The notes under the pieces: generated by a model | Databases searched by the model: none | What the model was told of the DNA's origin: nothing | The model's input: the letters and a program-made list of their open reading frames with translations, nothing else | In this document: positions 38,788 through 48,608 of the stretch, piece after piece | How positions within the stretch are numbered: position 1 is the stretch's first letter | Layout: each line of letters begins with the position of its first letter | IMG/VR virus record: IMGVR_UViG_3300021141_000001 | DNA: 64,000 nucleotides | DNA from: a virus | Reading direction: 5' to 3' (one strand) | Position numbers and translations under genes: made by a program

Positions 38788-39411
38788 TTAAAGAACGTAA
38801 TAGTTATCAACAATAAAACTAACTAAAGTATCACAGAACTTTTGAATACCTGCTTTCATATCATCTGTTATTTCAAATGATTCTTTAAGATATTGTGATA
38901 AGAATTTAACTTTACCAAAATCTCTAACATCTAAGGCTTGATCAATAAGATTATTTATTTCAGACTTAGACATATCTTCATAACCAACTTCTTTAGCTTG
39001 TCTCCATTCTTCACCTTCAGAATCTTGAGCCTTTTTCATAGCATCTAAGAATTCAATTAAGAAGTTAATTGATTTATCAACACCATCTTTGAATGACTTT
39101 TCAATAAAAATACTTCTTGCTGATTTTAAAGCTTTATCAAATTCACTAAGAATCACATCTCTAAATTCTTCATCTAAGTCTTCATTTCTATTTACAGAAT
39201 CTACAAACATATTAAATAAAATTTCAATTAATTTATCAGTACCATATTCTAGTTCTTCTGTGTTGCCAGAAATTCTAATTATTTTTTCCATATTGAATAT
39301 AGGATTAAACATAGCATATAATGCTTTTTTTAGTACATCAACATTTTGTCTGAAGTCTTCGTTATCATTAAGACTTTCTAAAAATAGTTTATAGTTTTTA
39401 ATTCTTTTCAT
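38788..39411 (-). CDS. Tagged protein with IDEAL-like motif
   Basis: MKRIKNYKLFLES; LIDQALDVRDF. Confidence 0.65.
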   Translation of the reverse strand: MKRIKNYKLFLESLNDNEDFRQNVDVLKKALYAMFNPIFNMEKIIRISGNTEELEYGTDKLIEILFNMFVDSVNRNEDLDEEFRDVILSEFDKALKSARSIFIEKSFKDGVDKSINFLIEFLDAMKKAQDSEGEEWRQAKEVGYEDMSKSEINNLIDQALDVRDFGKVKFLSQYLKESFEITDDMKAGIQKFCDTLVSFIVDNYYVL

Positions 39412-39419
39412 ATTTTTAA

Positions 39420-40139
39420 TTATTTTAATGATTCCGGAGTTAATGACTCTTTTATATTTTCAAAGTTTTTAGTTAATTCATCTTTCCATTGAGATTGACC
39501 TAATAGATAATTTAAGAATTTTTTAGATTTTTCAACATCTGGTATAGTAGCCATAACATCTTCACTTGTTGAAGAATTATTCAAAACAAATTTATCACCT
39601 TTTAATTTCACTGTTAAAAAAGCATCAGAGTTATCTTTTACTTTAGAGAATGTAAATTGAATAGAAGAACTACCACTAAATAATTTAGACATAAATCCTT
39701 TTTTAGGTTCAACTTTTTCAAATTCTACATTTTTAAGTTTATAGTTATAGTTAGCAAACTTTTTATATAAAGGATTAGTACAGATATAAAGTGAAAACTC
39801 ATCTGCTTTATCAGAAGGTTCTTCACCTGAAGCAACACCCATATTTCTTGTAGCTGAATGAACAGCACCCATATGACCCGCTAGAGCTTCATTGAATGAT
39901 TTGAAATCTCCAACTTTTTCTTCTACTTTACCAGCAATTTCTAAATATTGGTCCAATACTTCTTTAGTTTGAATATCAGATTCATCATATTTAACTTCAT
40001 CATCAAATAAACTAACTTTCTTATCTGCTACAAGTTTTTGTAAAAGTGGTTCACTAGTAAATAAACTTACATCTACAGAGCTAAGTTTTACAGTTTTTGA
40101 GTGTGATTCCTTAATGAAATCTTCGTACTTCTTTATCAT
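39420..40139 (-). CDS. Tagged hypothetical protein
   Basis: MIKKYEDFIKES plus internal FKSFNE. Confidence 0.7.
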   Translation of the reverse strand: MIKKYEDFIKESHSKTVKLSSVDVSLFTSEPLLQKLVADKKVSLFDDEVKYDESDIQTKEVLDQYLEIAGKVEEKVGDFKSFNEALAGHMGAVHSATRNMGVASGEEPSDKADEFSLYICTNPLYKKFANYNYKLKNVEFEKVEPKKGFMSKLFSGSSSIQFTFSKVKDNSDAFLTVKLKGDKFVLNNSSTSEDVMATIPDVEKSKKFLNYLLGQSQWKDELTKNFENIKESLTPESLK

Positions 40140-40809
40140 AATCTGTTGTATTTTTTGGATTGATTTTAAAATATAATATAACTCCCAATATTAAGATATT
40201 AGTAGCGTAGTTTAATAATAATGGTAAGTCTAATTTATCATAAACATATGCTAAAGCAAAGATTTCACCGAATGCCCAAAGAAGAACAAATCCCCAAGAA
40301 ATTCCGTGAGAGTGTTTATCTTTGAATGATTGCCAAGCTTGTGGAATGCCACATATCGCTAAACAAATAGAACCTAACCAACCAAGTATTTCAAATATTG
40401 ACATTCCTTTAGTTTGTTCTGCTATACCTGCTGATGATAATTCATCTAAGTTTTTTGGTTCAATCTTATAACCGTATTTAGTTTCAACATGAGATGATAA
40501 CTTATCAAATAACTCTTTATATTCTTCTTGATTGCCTGATTCTAACTTACTTTGTATTTCAGATAAAATGTTGTTTAATTGGTCATCTTTTGGATTTAAA
40601 TCAGTTTTTCTAATATTAGAAAGTCCCTCAACTTGTTCTACTGCGTCATTAATACCGTCTTTTGATGTAGGGTTAGTAAGAGCTGGTTTAACTAAACTTT
40701 GAGCAGTTACAGTTGGTGAATTAGCAAATAAAGAAGCCGCTAAACCAGCACCAAGTACGGCTGATCTAAGACCTTCATTATGTTGTTCATATGTTTGTAA
40801 ATATCTCAT
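40111..40809 (-). CDS. PQ-loop/SemiSWEET-domain membrane protein, tagged
   Basis: GWLG..IPQAW..KHSHGIS three-helix unit; MRYLQTYEQHNE start. Confidence 0.75.
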   Translation of the reverse strand: MRYLQTYEQHNEGLRSAVLGAGLAASLFANSPTVTAQSLVKPALTNPTSKDGINDAVEQVEGLSNIRKTDLNPKDDQLNNILSEIQSKLESGNQEEYKELFDKLSSHVETKYGYKIEPKNLDELSSAGIAEQTKGMSIFEILGWLGSICLAICGIPQAWQSFKDKHSHGISWGFVLLWAFGEIFALAYVYDKLDLPLLLNYATNILILGVILYFKINPKNTTDYDKEVRRFH

Positions 40810-40819
40810 TAGTTATATA

Positions 40820-41620
40820 TTAAAATTTATGAGGAAAAATATGTCTCCATTCATGACCTTGAGGAACATCGGAGGCTTTCACACCAAATATCTTTTTCTC
40901 TGGGCAAGTATCTTTACCATCCATTAAGAAGTTGTTATTACAAGCCCAAACTTCTACATTTCTTTGTAGTAATTGACCTACTGAGAAAGGAAATCTAATT
41001 CCTGTTTCGTTTTCAATACCAGTAATTCTACCATCTGGTGATTTAGTTACAACTATTTCTAATCTTGGGTTTCTTTTATTAGTGAATTTAACTTCTCTTT
41101 CGTGTATAGATTCGTCAATTAAATCAGCCGCTGGATTGATTTCAGTTTGAATTCTATCAAATCTTTTTCTTTCTTTATCTTCTTTATAGATTTTATCTAT
41201 TAGATGAAATAGTTTTATACGATAAGATTCTTTAGATCTAATTCTTTCACATAAACCTGTATTATTACCAATAAATAGTTTCCACTTATTTTTACACTTT
41301 TCCTCACCTGCTGGTAGTCCAGTATTATTGTATATTAGGTTATGTCTATCATTTGATATAAGGATATCAACATCATCAAATCTAACAACATAGATTACAC
41401 TGTAATATTCTGACCGAGCGCCATTTTCAGCAGTATCTGCTGCTTTAGACATCCAAGCAGGTAACCTCATATCTTCTTTCATTATATCATGAATTTCATA
41501 TGGATTACTATCTTTAACTTTTTCAAGACGATGTATCATATCCAATGTGATTTTATCATCATTGGTGTCTTTCTTAAAGTAATCTAAGAACCCTTCATTA
41601 TAAGATTTTAAGTGTTTCAT
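40820..41620 (-). CDS. Tagged hypothetical protein
   Basis: MKHLKSYNE at 41620, TAATATATA 5 nt upstream. Confidence 0.7.
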   Translation of the reverse strand: MKHLKSYNEGFLDYFKKDTNDDKITLDMIHRLEKVKDSNPYEIHDIMKEDMRLPAWMSKAADTAENGARSEYYSVIYVVRFDDVDILISNDRHNLIYNNTGLPAGEEKCKNKWKLFIGNNTGLCERIRSKESYRIKLFHLIDKIYKEDKERKRFDRIQTEINPAADLIDESIHEREVKFTNKRNPRLEIVVTKSPDGRITGIENETGIRFPFSVGQLLQRNVEVWACNNNFLMDGKDTCPEKKIFGVKASDVPQGHEWRHIFPHKF

Positions 41621-41637
41621 TACACTATATATTATTT

Positions 41638-42510
41638 TTAGAAACAAGAAAGATATCTTTCTCCTCTATCACATAATATAGTAATGATGTTACCCTCCAT
41701 ATCTGGGTATTTTTCTAACAATCTTTCTGATGCTAAAATATTAGCACCTGAACTAATACCAACAAATAAACCTTGTTCTTTAGATAATCTTTTAGCTCTT
41801 TCTTTAGCTTCTTCAGTTGATATTATAATAATATCATCTACTTCTTTTAGGTTAACCATGAATTTAGAACCATCACCAATTCCTTGAATACCGTGAAGTC
41901 CTGGTTCACCACCTGACATAACTGGTGATTCTGCTGGTTCAACAGCCACAACTTTCATAAAAGGATGATACATTTTTAAAAGACGAGTTGTACCCATAAG
42001 AGTACCTCCAGTTCCTGTTCCATCTACAAAAGCCGCAATTTGATTTTCGTGTTGGTGTAGGATCTCAACACCCGTTCCCTCATAGTGAGCTTGTATATTT
42101 AGTGGATTGTGAAATTGATTAGGATTAAAGTAACCATTCTCTAAAGCCATTTTATCTCTTAAAGCAATTGCGTCATCAAATTTACCATCTGGTACTTCAA
42201 TAAGTTCAGCGCCATAAAGTCTTAACATTTGTTTTCTTTCTTCACTCATATTAGCTGGCATAATGATTATACATTTATAACCTCTTTCTGCTGCTAAGAA
42301 AGCAAAAGCAATTCCTGAGTTTCCAGATGTTGCCTCAATAATAGTATCACCTTTTTTAATAAGATTATTTGATTCAGCATGATTTATAATATAGGAAGCC
42401 ATTCTATCTTTTATTGAACCACTTGGATTTTGACCTTCAAACTTTGCGAAGATTCTTTCTGAGATTTTAATTAATGGTGTTTGACCAACGGTTTTAGATA
42501 GATTTGACAT
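41638..42510 (-). CDS. cysK: Cysteine synthase (PLP-dependent)
   Basis: NPSGSIKDR, ATSGNSG, NQF, GTGGT, IQGIG, GISSGA, DRGERYLS. Confidence 0.93.
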   Translation of the reverse strand: MSNLSKTVGQTPLIKISERIFAKFEGQNPSGSIKDRMASYIINHAESNNLIKKGDTIIEATSGNSGIAFAFLAAERGYKCIIIMPANMSEERKQMLRLYGAELIEVPDGKFDDAIALRDKMALENGYFNPNQFHNPLNIQAHYEGTGVEILHQHENQIAAFVDGTGTGGTLMGTTRLLKMYHPFMKVVAVEPAESPVMSGGEPGLHGIQGIGDGSKFMVNLKEVDDIIIISTEEAKERAKRLSKEQGLFVGISSGANILASERLLEKYPDMEGNIITILCDRGERYLSCF

Positions 42511-42608
42511 TTAGAATAGTTATTTTTATGTTTTATATATTAGTAACATGTAAGTTTATTTGAAATAAATCACGATTTTTAAAAAAGATTTCATATATTT
42601 GTATAATT

Positions 42609-43217
42609 ATGAGACATGAAAAACAAAACATATTCTTTATAAGTGACTTACACGTTGGTCATAAAAACGTCCTCAAGTTTGATGGACGACCTTTTGCTGA
42701 TGTTGATGAGATGCATGTAGAATTAATAAAAAACTGGAACTCAGTAGTAGGTCCAGAAGATACAGTTTATTTCTTAGGTGATTTATCATTTTCTCGTGAT
42801 GAATTGACAAAGTGGTTTATTTATTCACTACAAGGTAAGATTCACTTTATTTTGGGTAACCACGATAAAATGAGTCATATTCAGAAGTTTGGTAGATGGG
42901 AAAGTGTACACGAATCTTATACTGAGATTGGTATTTTAGATCCAGAGTCTCTTGAATCAAGAGGTTCACAAGGTTATCAAAAGATAATCTTATCACACTA
43001 TCCAATTTTAAGTTGGAACAAAGCACATCACGGTTCTTGGCACTTACACGGTCACTGTCACGGTTCATTGATTAAAAGTCAACAAGAGTATTACAAAAGA
43101 AAAGTAATGGATGTTGGTTGTAACGTGATTGATTATACACCTATCTCCTATGAAAAAGTTAAAGGTATAATGGTTAAAAAAAATATATCTGCCGTAGACC
43201 ATCATGGAGAAGATTAA
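42609..43217 (+). CDS. Calcineurin-like metallophosphoesterase
   Basis: SDLH, LGD, GNHD, HGHCH, DVG. Confidence 0.9.
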   Translation: MRHEKQNIFFISDLHVGHKNVLKFDGRPFADVDEMHVELIKNWNSVVGPEDTVYFLGDLSFSRDELTKWFIYSLQGKIHFILGNHDKMSHIQKFGRWESVHESYTEIGILDPESLESRGSQGYQKIILSHYPILSWNKAHHGSWHLHGHCHGSLIKSQQEYYKRKVMDVGCNVIDYTPISYEKVKGIMVKKNISAVDHHGED

Positions 43218-43218
43218 G

Positions 43219-43392
43219 ATGAAAGAATTGGAAACTAAATTAGCTCATTACAAGATGATTGTTAACTCTAATTATGGTGAAAACTCAAGACTAGTAACAG
43301 ATGTTTACTCTGAAGTTTTTAAGTTGAGAGATAAGATTCGTACTGTAAAAATTAGAAAAAGTAAAATAAAAAACTTATTCAATGGAAGATAG
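43219..43392 (+). CDS. Small hypothetical protein
   Basis: Ends RKSKIKNLF; start at 43204 or 43219. Confidence 0.55.
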   Translation: MKELETKLAHYKMIVNSNYGENSRLVTDVYSEVFKLRDKIRTVKIRKSKIKNLFNGR

Positions 43393-43711
43393 ATGGGATT
43401 GTATGAAAGTTGTTTGTATTAAAGAATACAAAACTATTAAAGTTGGTAGTCATTACTCTATCAAAGGTAGAGGTGATTTATCATGTAATGCTGATCCAGA
43501 AGTTGAAGAAAGAAAAGGATATGGTTTCTGTATTGAAGATGATATTTATGGATCCTACTCTGGTAGAAAAGATTGGTGGAATTTATCACATAATGAAAGA
43601 ATTAAATGGTATTATTTTACTGAACAAGAAATGTCAGAATACTTTATCACAGAAGATGAAGATTATAAAGCTTATCGTAGAAACGAAATAATAAAACAAG
43701 TATTAAACTAA
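43382..43711 (+). CDS. Hypothetical protein
   Basis: Ends RRNEIIKQVLN. Confidence 0.65.
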   Translation: MEDRWDCMKVVCIKEYKTIKVGSHYSIKGRGDLSCNADPEVEERKGYGFCIEDDIYGSYSGRKDWWNLSHNERIKWYYFTEQEMSEYFITEDEDYKAYRRNEIIKQVLN

Positions 43712-43713
43712 AT

Positions 43714-44583
43714 ATGAAAGACGTAAAAGGATTTTGTAAATTGATGGATATAAGTGTGCCGGATTACGCACATTTTGATTATTATATTAATCAATTCTCA
43801 AAATTAGAAAGATGGAAAAACATCAAAGACTTAATTAAACTTTATGAAGAAGCCGAAGAAAAGTATGGTGAACTTTATGAATATAGATTAAAGAAGTCAA
43901 ATGAAATTATTGATTACTTGAAGAAAACAAGAGCTTACAATGAACTTCAAGATGATAATTTATTGCCTGACCTACCGACAACTAAGAATTTTGAATATTC
44001 AGAAGATAAGAAATATATCTCAATTGATATTAATAAAGCCAATTGGGTAGTTCTTAAAAATTATGACCCTGAATTTGCGCCTGAACTTGGTGATTCTTAT
44101 GATGATTTTATTGCTAAGTTTGATGTTCCTGAAATATTCAATCACTCAAAACAATTGAGACAATATATTTTTGGTAATATCAATCCAAAAAGACAAGGTA
44201 AAGCTCAAAGAGTTATAACTGAAAGATTATTAAATAGATATAAGCATCTAAATTTAGAAATTGCTTGTGTTAAAAACGATGAGGTTATTTATTCTTTTGA
44301 TAGTTTTGACCAAATTAACGAAATACTGACTACTGTTGATAAAAGTTTATTTAAAACTAAACTTTTCACTGTAAAAAGAATAGAAGATTTCCGAATCAAT
44401 ACATATTTATCTGAGACTGGTAAAGGGCTATACAAAGAAATGGTAGGGTGTAATGGTAATCTATTTTTCTTATATCTAAAGAAATATGTTTTGAATGAAA
44501 CACTTGACATAAGAGATTTATATTTCAAAATGGATGGTAATCTTGCTATCTGGAATGTTGAAGGATTAAAAGTAAGTTTATAA
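43714..44583 (+). CDS. Hypothetical protein, possible degenerate polymerase-palm fold
   Basis: ISIDINKAN and KNDE segments. Confidence 0.5.
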   Translation: MKDVKGFCKLMDISVPDYAHFDYYINQFSKLERWKNIKDLIKLYEEAEEKYGELYEYRLKKSNEIIDYLKKTRAYNELQDDNLLPDLPTTKNFEYSEDKKYISIDINKANWVVLKNYDPEFAPELGDSYDDFIAKFDVPEIFNHSKQLRQYIFGNINPKRQGKAQRVITERLLNRYKHLNLEIACVKNDEVIYSFDSFDQINEILTTVDKSLFKTKLFTVKRIEDFRINTYLSETGKGLYKEMVGCNGNLFFLYLKKYVLNETLDIRDLYFKMDGNLAIWNVEGLKVSL

Positions 44584-44586
44584 TCT

Positions 44587-44853
44587 ATGTCACAGAGCAG
44601 TACATCCGTTAACATTTACTATGGAAAAGACAAAAAATTAATGGAGTCTTTCCCTATTGAAATTGGAAGAAAAATATCGTCAATAGATGATGCTAGATTT
44701 TTGATAATAAATCATTTAGATAGTTTTTACGTTGATGTTAAATATAAGATTAATGTCTTTTCTACATTTGATGGTGAAACAACTATCAATTTGTTTTTTG
44801 AAGAAGATATTTCTTTGAACAGAGAGCTTTTATTAAGAAAAATATTAGAATAA
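44587..44853 (+). CDS. Hypothetical protein
   Basis: Ends RELLLRKILE. Confidence 0.65.
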   Translation: MSQSSTSVNIYYGKDKKLMESFPIEIGRKISSIDDARFLIINHLDSFYVDVKYKINVFSTFDGETTINLFFEEDISLNRELLLRKILE

Positions 44854-45473
44854 TGATAGATATATTTGATAAAAAACCCATTGATTTGACAAAAGTAGTT
44901 TGTCACTCTGGTGGCGCACCTGGTGCTGATACTGTTTGGGAAAACGATGGTGATCCATATGGTGTCCAAACTAGAGCTTACTCTTATAAAACACCTAAGC
45001 ACATATCACCTAACAAGGTTGAAATTTCAGATGATGATTACAAAGAAGGTGTAGTGGAAGTTAACAAGGCTAATAAGTGGCTTAATCGTTACGGAATTCA
45101 TAAGTATATGAATCTCTTGGCTCGCAACTGGGCTCAAGTGAAATACTCTGAACAGATTTTTGCTATTGGAACTATTATTAAACCTGGTGATAAAAGCACT
45201 AGGGGTTACTACAATAAAGGTAAGTATGATATGGTTGATGGTGGTACAGGATATGCTGTGATGATGGGTATTAATAACAATAGAGAAGTTTTTGTTTTTG
45301 ATCAAATTAGAGATAAGTGGTTTAGGTGGTCTTACTCAACACTTCAATTTGTTGAAATGAAAGAAGTTCCTACTATTGATGTTCAAAACTTTGCTGGTAT
45401 TGGAACAAGAGAAATTCAACCAAATGGTGTAAAAGCCATTAAAGATGTATATGAAAAAACATTTAAAAAATAA
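44853..45473 (+). CDS. SLOG/DprA-like nucleotide-binding protein
   Basis: HSGGAPGAD, RN, GGTGYA, FAGIGTR. Confidence 0.65.
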   Translation: MIDIFDKKPIDLTKVVCHSGGAPGADTVWENDGDPYGVQTRAYSYKTPKHISPNKVEISDDDYKEGVVEVNKANKWLNRYGIHKYMNLLARNWAQVKYSEQIFAIGTIIKPGDKSTRGYYNKGKYDMVDGGTGYAVMMGINNNREVFVFDQIRDKWFRWSYSTLQFVEMKEVPTIDVQNFAGIGTREIQPNGVKAIKDVYEKTFKK

Positions 45474-45482
45474 AAACTTAAA

Positions 45483-45950
45483 ATGAAAACTATCTTAACA
45501 AAAGAAGGAAAAATAAAACTTCAAGAAGAATTAAATTTCCTATTGACAGTTGAAAAAAATCGAGTGATAAATGAGCTATCAGAAGCTCGTGAAAGTGGTA
45601 CATTAGAAGAAAATACACAATACTTAATTGCTAAAGAAGAGTATGAGAAGGTTCAAAAGAAAATTGAAAAGCTACAATCTTTCTTAGCAAATTCAACTGT
45701 TGTTGATGTGGCTGATATTAAAACTGACAAAGTTGCCATTTTTACAACAGTAAAAGTTTTAAATACTACTAATAGTAAAGAAATGATATTTAAGATTGTT
45801 CCAGAGAATGAAATTGATATCAAAGTAAGTAAAATATCAACAAGTAGTCCAATTGGTGCTGGTTTACTTGGAAAATCTCTAAACGAGGTTTGTGAGGTTA
45901 AAACACCAGCTGGTACATTCAGTTTTAAAATTTTAGAAATAAGTATATGA
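45483..45950 (+). CDS. greA: GreA-family transcription elongation factor
   Basis: LTKEG..L.EEL, ARESGTLEEN, IS..SPIG.GLLGK, V.TPAG. Confidence 0.88.
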   Translation: MKTILTKEGKIKLQEELNFLLTVEKNRVINELSEARESGTLEENTQYLIAKEEYEKVQKKIEKLQSFLANSTVVDVADIKTDKVAIFTTVKVLNTTNSKEMIFKIVPENEIDIKVSKISTSSPIGAGLLGKSLNEVCEVKTPAGTFSFKILEISI

Positions 45951-46348
45951 GAATAAGTTTTGATTTTGATGGAACATTAGTAGACGAGTTTGGTGGTCAT
46001 CCTTCAAATAGTCAAAAAGACGAAATTCAAGGACTGGCTAAGAAATATCTTAGTGAAGGACATGAAGTAATTATTATTACTAAACGATTTGGACCTGAGA
46101 ACTCTGATAAAGGTATTAAGAATGAACACTTAGAAGTTCAACATTTGGCTAAAAAATTAGGCATTGAAAAGATTTACTTTACTAATCGTGAAATGAAGTT
46201 TTCATATATTATCAATTTAGGTGTTGATAGACATTTTGAAAATGACGACTATGAAGTTCAATTGATTAATCAAGTTTGTAAAGAAAAAGGTCATAACTGT
46301 TTGGTTGTGCCTGTAGAAGATGCTTACTGGAGAGATTTAGTTTATTAA
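45947..46348 (+). CDS. HAD-superfamily hydrolase
   Basis: SFDFDGTL, IIT, HFEND. Confidence 0.75.
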   Translation: MRISFDFDGTLVDEFGGHPSNSQKDEIQGLAKKYLSEGHEVIIITKRFGPENSDKGIKNEHLEVQHLAKKLGIEKIYFTNREMKFSYIINLGVDRHFENDDYEVQLINQVCKEKGHNCLVVPVEDAYWRDLVY

Positions 46349-46359
46349 AGAATATTATT

Positions 46360-46752
46360 ATGATACAATTACCTACTAAAATATATGTTGATAATTCACC
46401 TGTTCATGGGTTGGGTGTATTTGCTAAAGAAAAAATTAACGAAGGTGAGCTAATTGAAGAATGTACAATATTAACTTTACCTATCCAGAAAGGTGAGGAT
46501 TCTAATCTATTTATAGATTACAGATTTAACTTTCCATCTGGTTTGGAATGGGAAGAACAAGTTTTGGTAATGGGTTGTGGTGGTATTTACAATCACTCTA
46601 ACACACCAAATGCTCATTGGTATTCTAATAATGAAAAAAGAACTTTTTGCTTTGTTGCTTTAAGAGATATTGAAGTTGGTGAAGAAATATTTACCTTCTA
46701 TGGTGATGAGTCCTACTGGAATGATGGTAGAACATACATTGATGTTAAATGA
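46360..46752 (+). CDS. SET-domain methyltransferase
   Basis: HGLGVFA, YNHS..PN, RDI..GEEI...YG. Confidence 0.88.
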   Translation: MIQLPTKIYVDNSPVHGLGVFAKEKINEGELIEECTILTLPIQKGEDSNLFIDYRFNFPSGLEWEEQVLVMGCGGIYNHSNTPNAHWYSNNEKRTFCFVALRDIEVGEEIFTFYGDESYWNDGRTYIDVK

Positions 46753-47141
46753 CAAAAGAAGAATTCATACTATTTATTGAAGATTTAGGATTTACTCAGA
46801 CTTGGATGTCTAAATCAAATGGATATTCTTTAGCAACTGATTCCGCTGATCCAGCGTATAAAGTTATTGGTAATCCTAATCAAAATTTGATGGCTTTTGC
46901 TGACCAATTAAAAATCACATTAGATGATGAAAGAGGAATTGCTCAACTTTCATTATCACAAATGAGTACTCATATGATGGCTGGTAAGAATTTTGGAAAT
47001 TTTCAATTATCAACATTTGGTAATGATGGTGATTTTCAATTAGAGATATTTATGAGTTTTGTAAAAGGTGCTTTTAAGAAACCACCTAATAATATTATTC
47101 AATATATGAGAGATAAAAAAATTAGGGATATATTAAAATAA
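46749..47141 (+). CDS. Hypothetical protein
   Basis: Ends RDKKIRDILK. Confidence 0.65.
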   Translation: MTKEEFILFIEDLGFTQTWMSKSNGYSLATDSADPAYKVIGNPNQNLMAFADQLKITLDDERGIAQLSLSQMSTHMMAGKNFGNFQLSTFGNDGDFQLEIFMSFVKGAFKKPPNNIIQYMRDKKIRDILK

Positions 47142-47167
47142 TTTTTATATTTGTAATATATAGATTA

Positions 47168-47650
47168 ATGATTAAATTTAGTGAAATGATTAATGAGGAA
47201 GTGAGTAGCGGTGTTTTTAAGCTAGGTTTAGATATACACGGAGTTGTAGATGCGATGCCTGAGTTCTTTTCATTTCTAACAGATTCATTTGTTAAAAATG
47301 GCGGAGAAGTTCATTTAATTACAGGTGGTCATTGGGATGAGAATTTTGAAAAACAATTAAATGAATTTGGTGTTAAATGGACACACAAGTTTTCTGTTTA
47401 TGACCACTTAATTGAAACTGGTGCTGGTATAACTGGTGAGATTCAGTTTCCAGATGGTACAATTCAAAAGAAATTTGAAGATGGACTTTGGGATCATGTT
47501 AAAGCAGACTATTGTAAACAAAATAACATTTCATTACATATTGATGATACTTTAATCTACAATGATTTTTTTCAAACACCATTTGCCAGATTGTGGTCAC
47601 ACAACCAAAAACCTAAGGCATCACATAAAGATGTCAGACACTTAGACTAA
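47168..47650 (+). CDS. HAD-like protein, tagged
   Basis: GLDIHGV, LITG, K, HIDD; MIKFSEMINEE. Confidence 0.65.
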   Translation: MIKFSEMINEEVSSGVFKLGLDIHGVVDAMPEFFSFLTDSFVKNGGEVHLITGGHWDENFEKQLNEFGVKWTHKFSVYDHLIETGAGITGEIQFPDGTIQKKFEDGLWDHVKADYCKQNNISLHIDDTLIYNDFFQTPFARLWSHNQKPKASHKDVRHLD

Positions 47651-48132
47651 TGATAAACAAGATTAATAAATTTTTTGAATTTGAACCCTTTGAAAGTAAG
47701 ATGAAAAAGTCGGCTGGTGTTATTATTATTTTAAATAATGAAAAAATATTACTTTGTCATCCATCAAATAATGATAAATGGTTTGGTTCTTACTCTTTTC
47801 CAAAAGGCGGTATTGATGAAGGTGAAACTATTAAACAAGCTGCTTTAAGAGAGTTGTTTGAAGAGACATCTGTGAAAATTAATGATAGTATGCTTTCTGG
47901 AGAGCCACTAGTTCTTGATTATATGAACTATAAAAAGAAAGGTGTTGTTTATAAAAGAATATATTTATTTACTTTATACATTACTGACATTTCTGAAATT
48001 GGATTAGACTCAGAAGTTATTCCAAGTGATAAACTTCCTTTTGGTGAAATAGATTGGGCTGGCTTTATACCTAAAGAAGAAGCCAAGTTAAGATTGTTTC
48101 ACAGAAGTGTTCCTATGTTAGATAAGATATAA
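47650..48132 (+). CDS. NUDIX hydrolase
   Basis: GGIDEGETIKQAALRELFEETS Nudix box. Confidence 0.88.
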   Translation: MINKINKFFEFEPFESKMKKSAGVIIILNNEKILLCHPSNNDKWFGSYSFPKGGIDEGETIKQAALRELFEETSVKINDSMLSGEPLVLDYMNYKKKGVVYKRIYLFTLYITDISEIGLDSEVIPSDKLPFGEIDWAGFIPKEEAKLRLFHRSVPMLDKI

Positions 48133-48176
48133 ACAAATCTTGTCTTTTTGGTATAAATAAAAAATAAACTTTATTT

Positions 48177-48608
48177 ATGCCTTTACCGTTTTTTACTAAT
48201 CCAAATAATAGTCCACTATCATCAGCTCTTAATAGTAATATTCCTATTGCTATGAATTATCAACTTGAAGAAAAGATTGAGTTGGATTTGAATAATCCTA
48301 TATTTGTGGCTTATGTTAATACAAGTAATCTAACAAGACAAGCCGCAGAAGAACATCTTTATAGAACTAAAAAAATATTTGATGTTTATAAAAATATCAC
48401 TATTTGGGTAATTGCTTCGAATGAAACTAAAATAGAGTGTGTTTATGATGGTCAATGTAGAACTCGTGATATAGAAATAAGTGACTTAATAAAGGAGATA
48501 AATACAAGGATAGATATAATGGCTAACTCACATTCTTTTGATGATTTCAAAATTAACATCAGAGATTGGAGATTAAGCGAAATAATAAATGGCACTGAGG
48601 AAAAATAA
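48177..48608 (+). CDS. Hypothetical protein
   Basis: Near C-terminal RDWRLSEII. Confidence 0.65.
   Translation: MPLPFFTNPNNSPLSSALNSNIPIAMNYQLEEKIELDLNNPIFVAYVNTSNLTRQAAEEHLYRTKKIFDVYKNITIWVIASNETKIECVYDGQCRTRDIEISDLIKEINTRIDIMANSHSFDDFKINIRDWRLSEIINGTEEK

Noticed and set aside
43714-44583. Missing C-terminal half of the family-B polymerase
   Set aside because: Lacks KxxxNSxYG and DTDS; only a vague palm-like resemblance.
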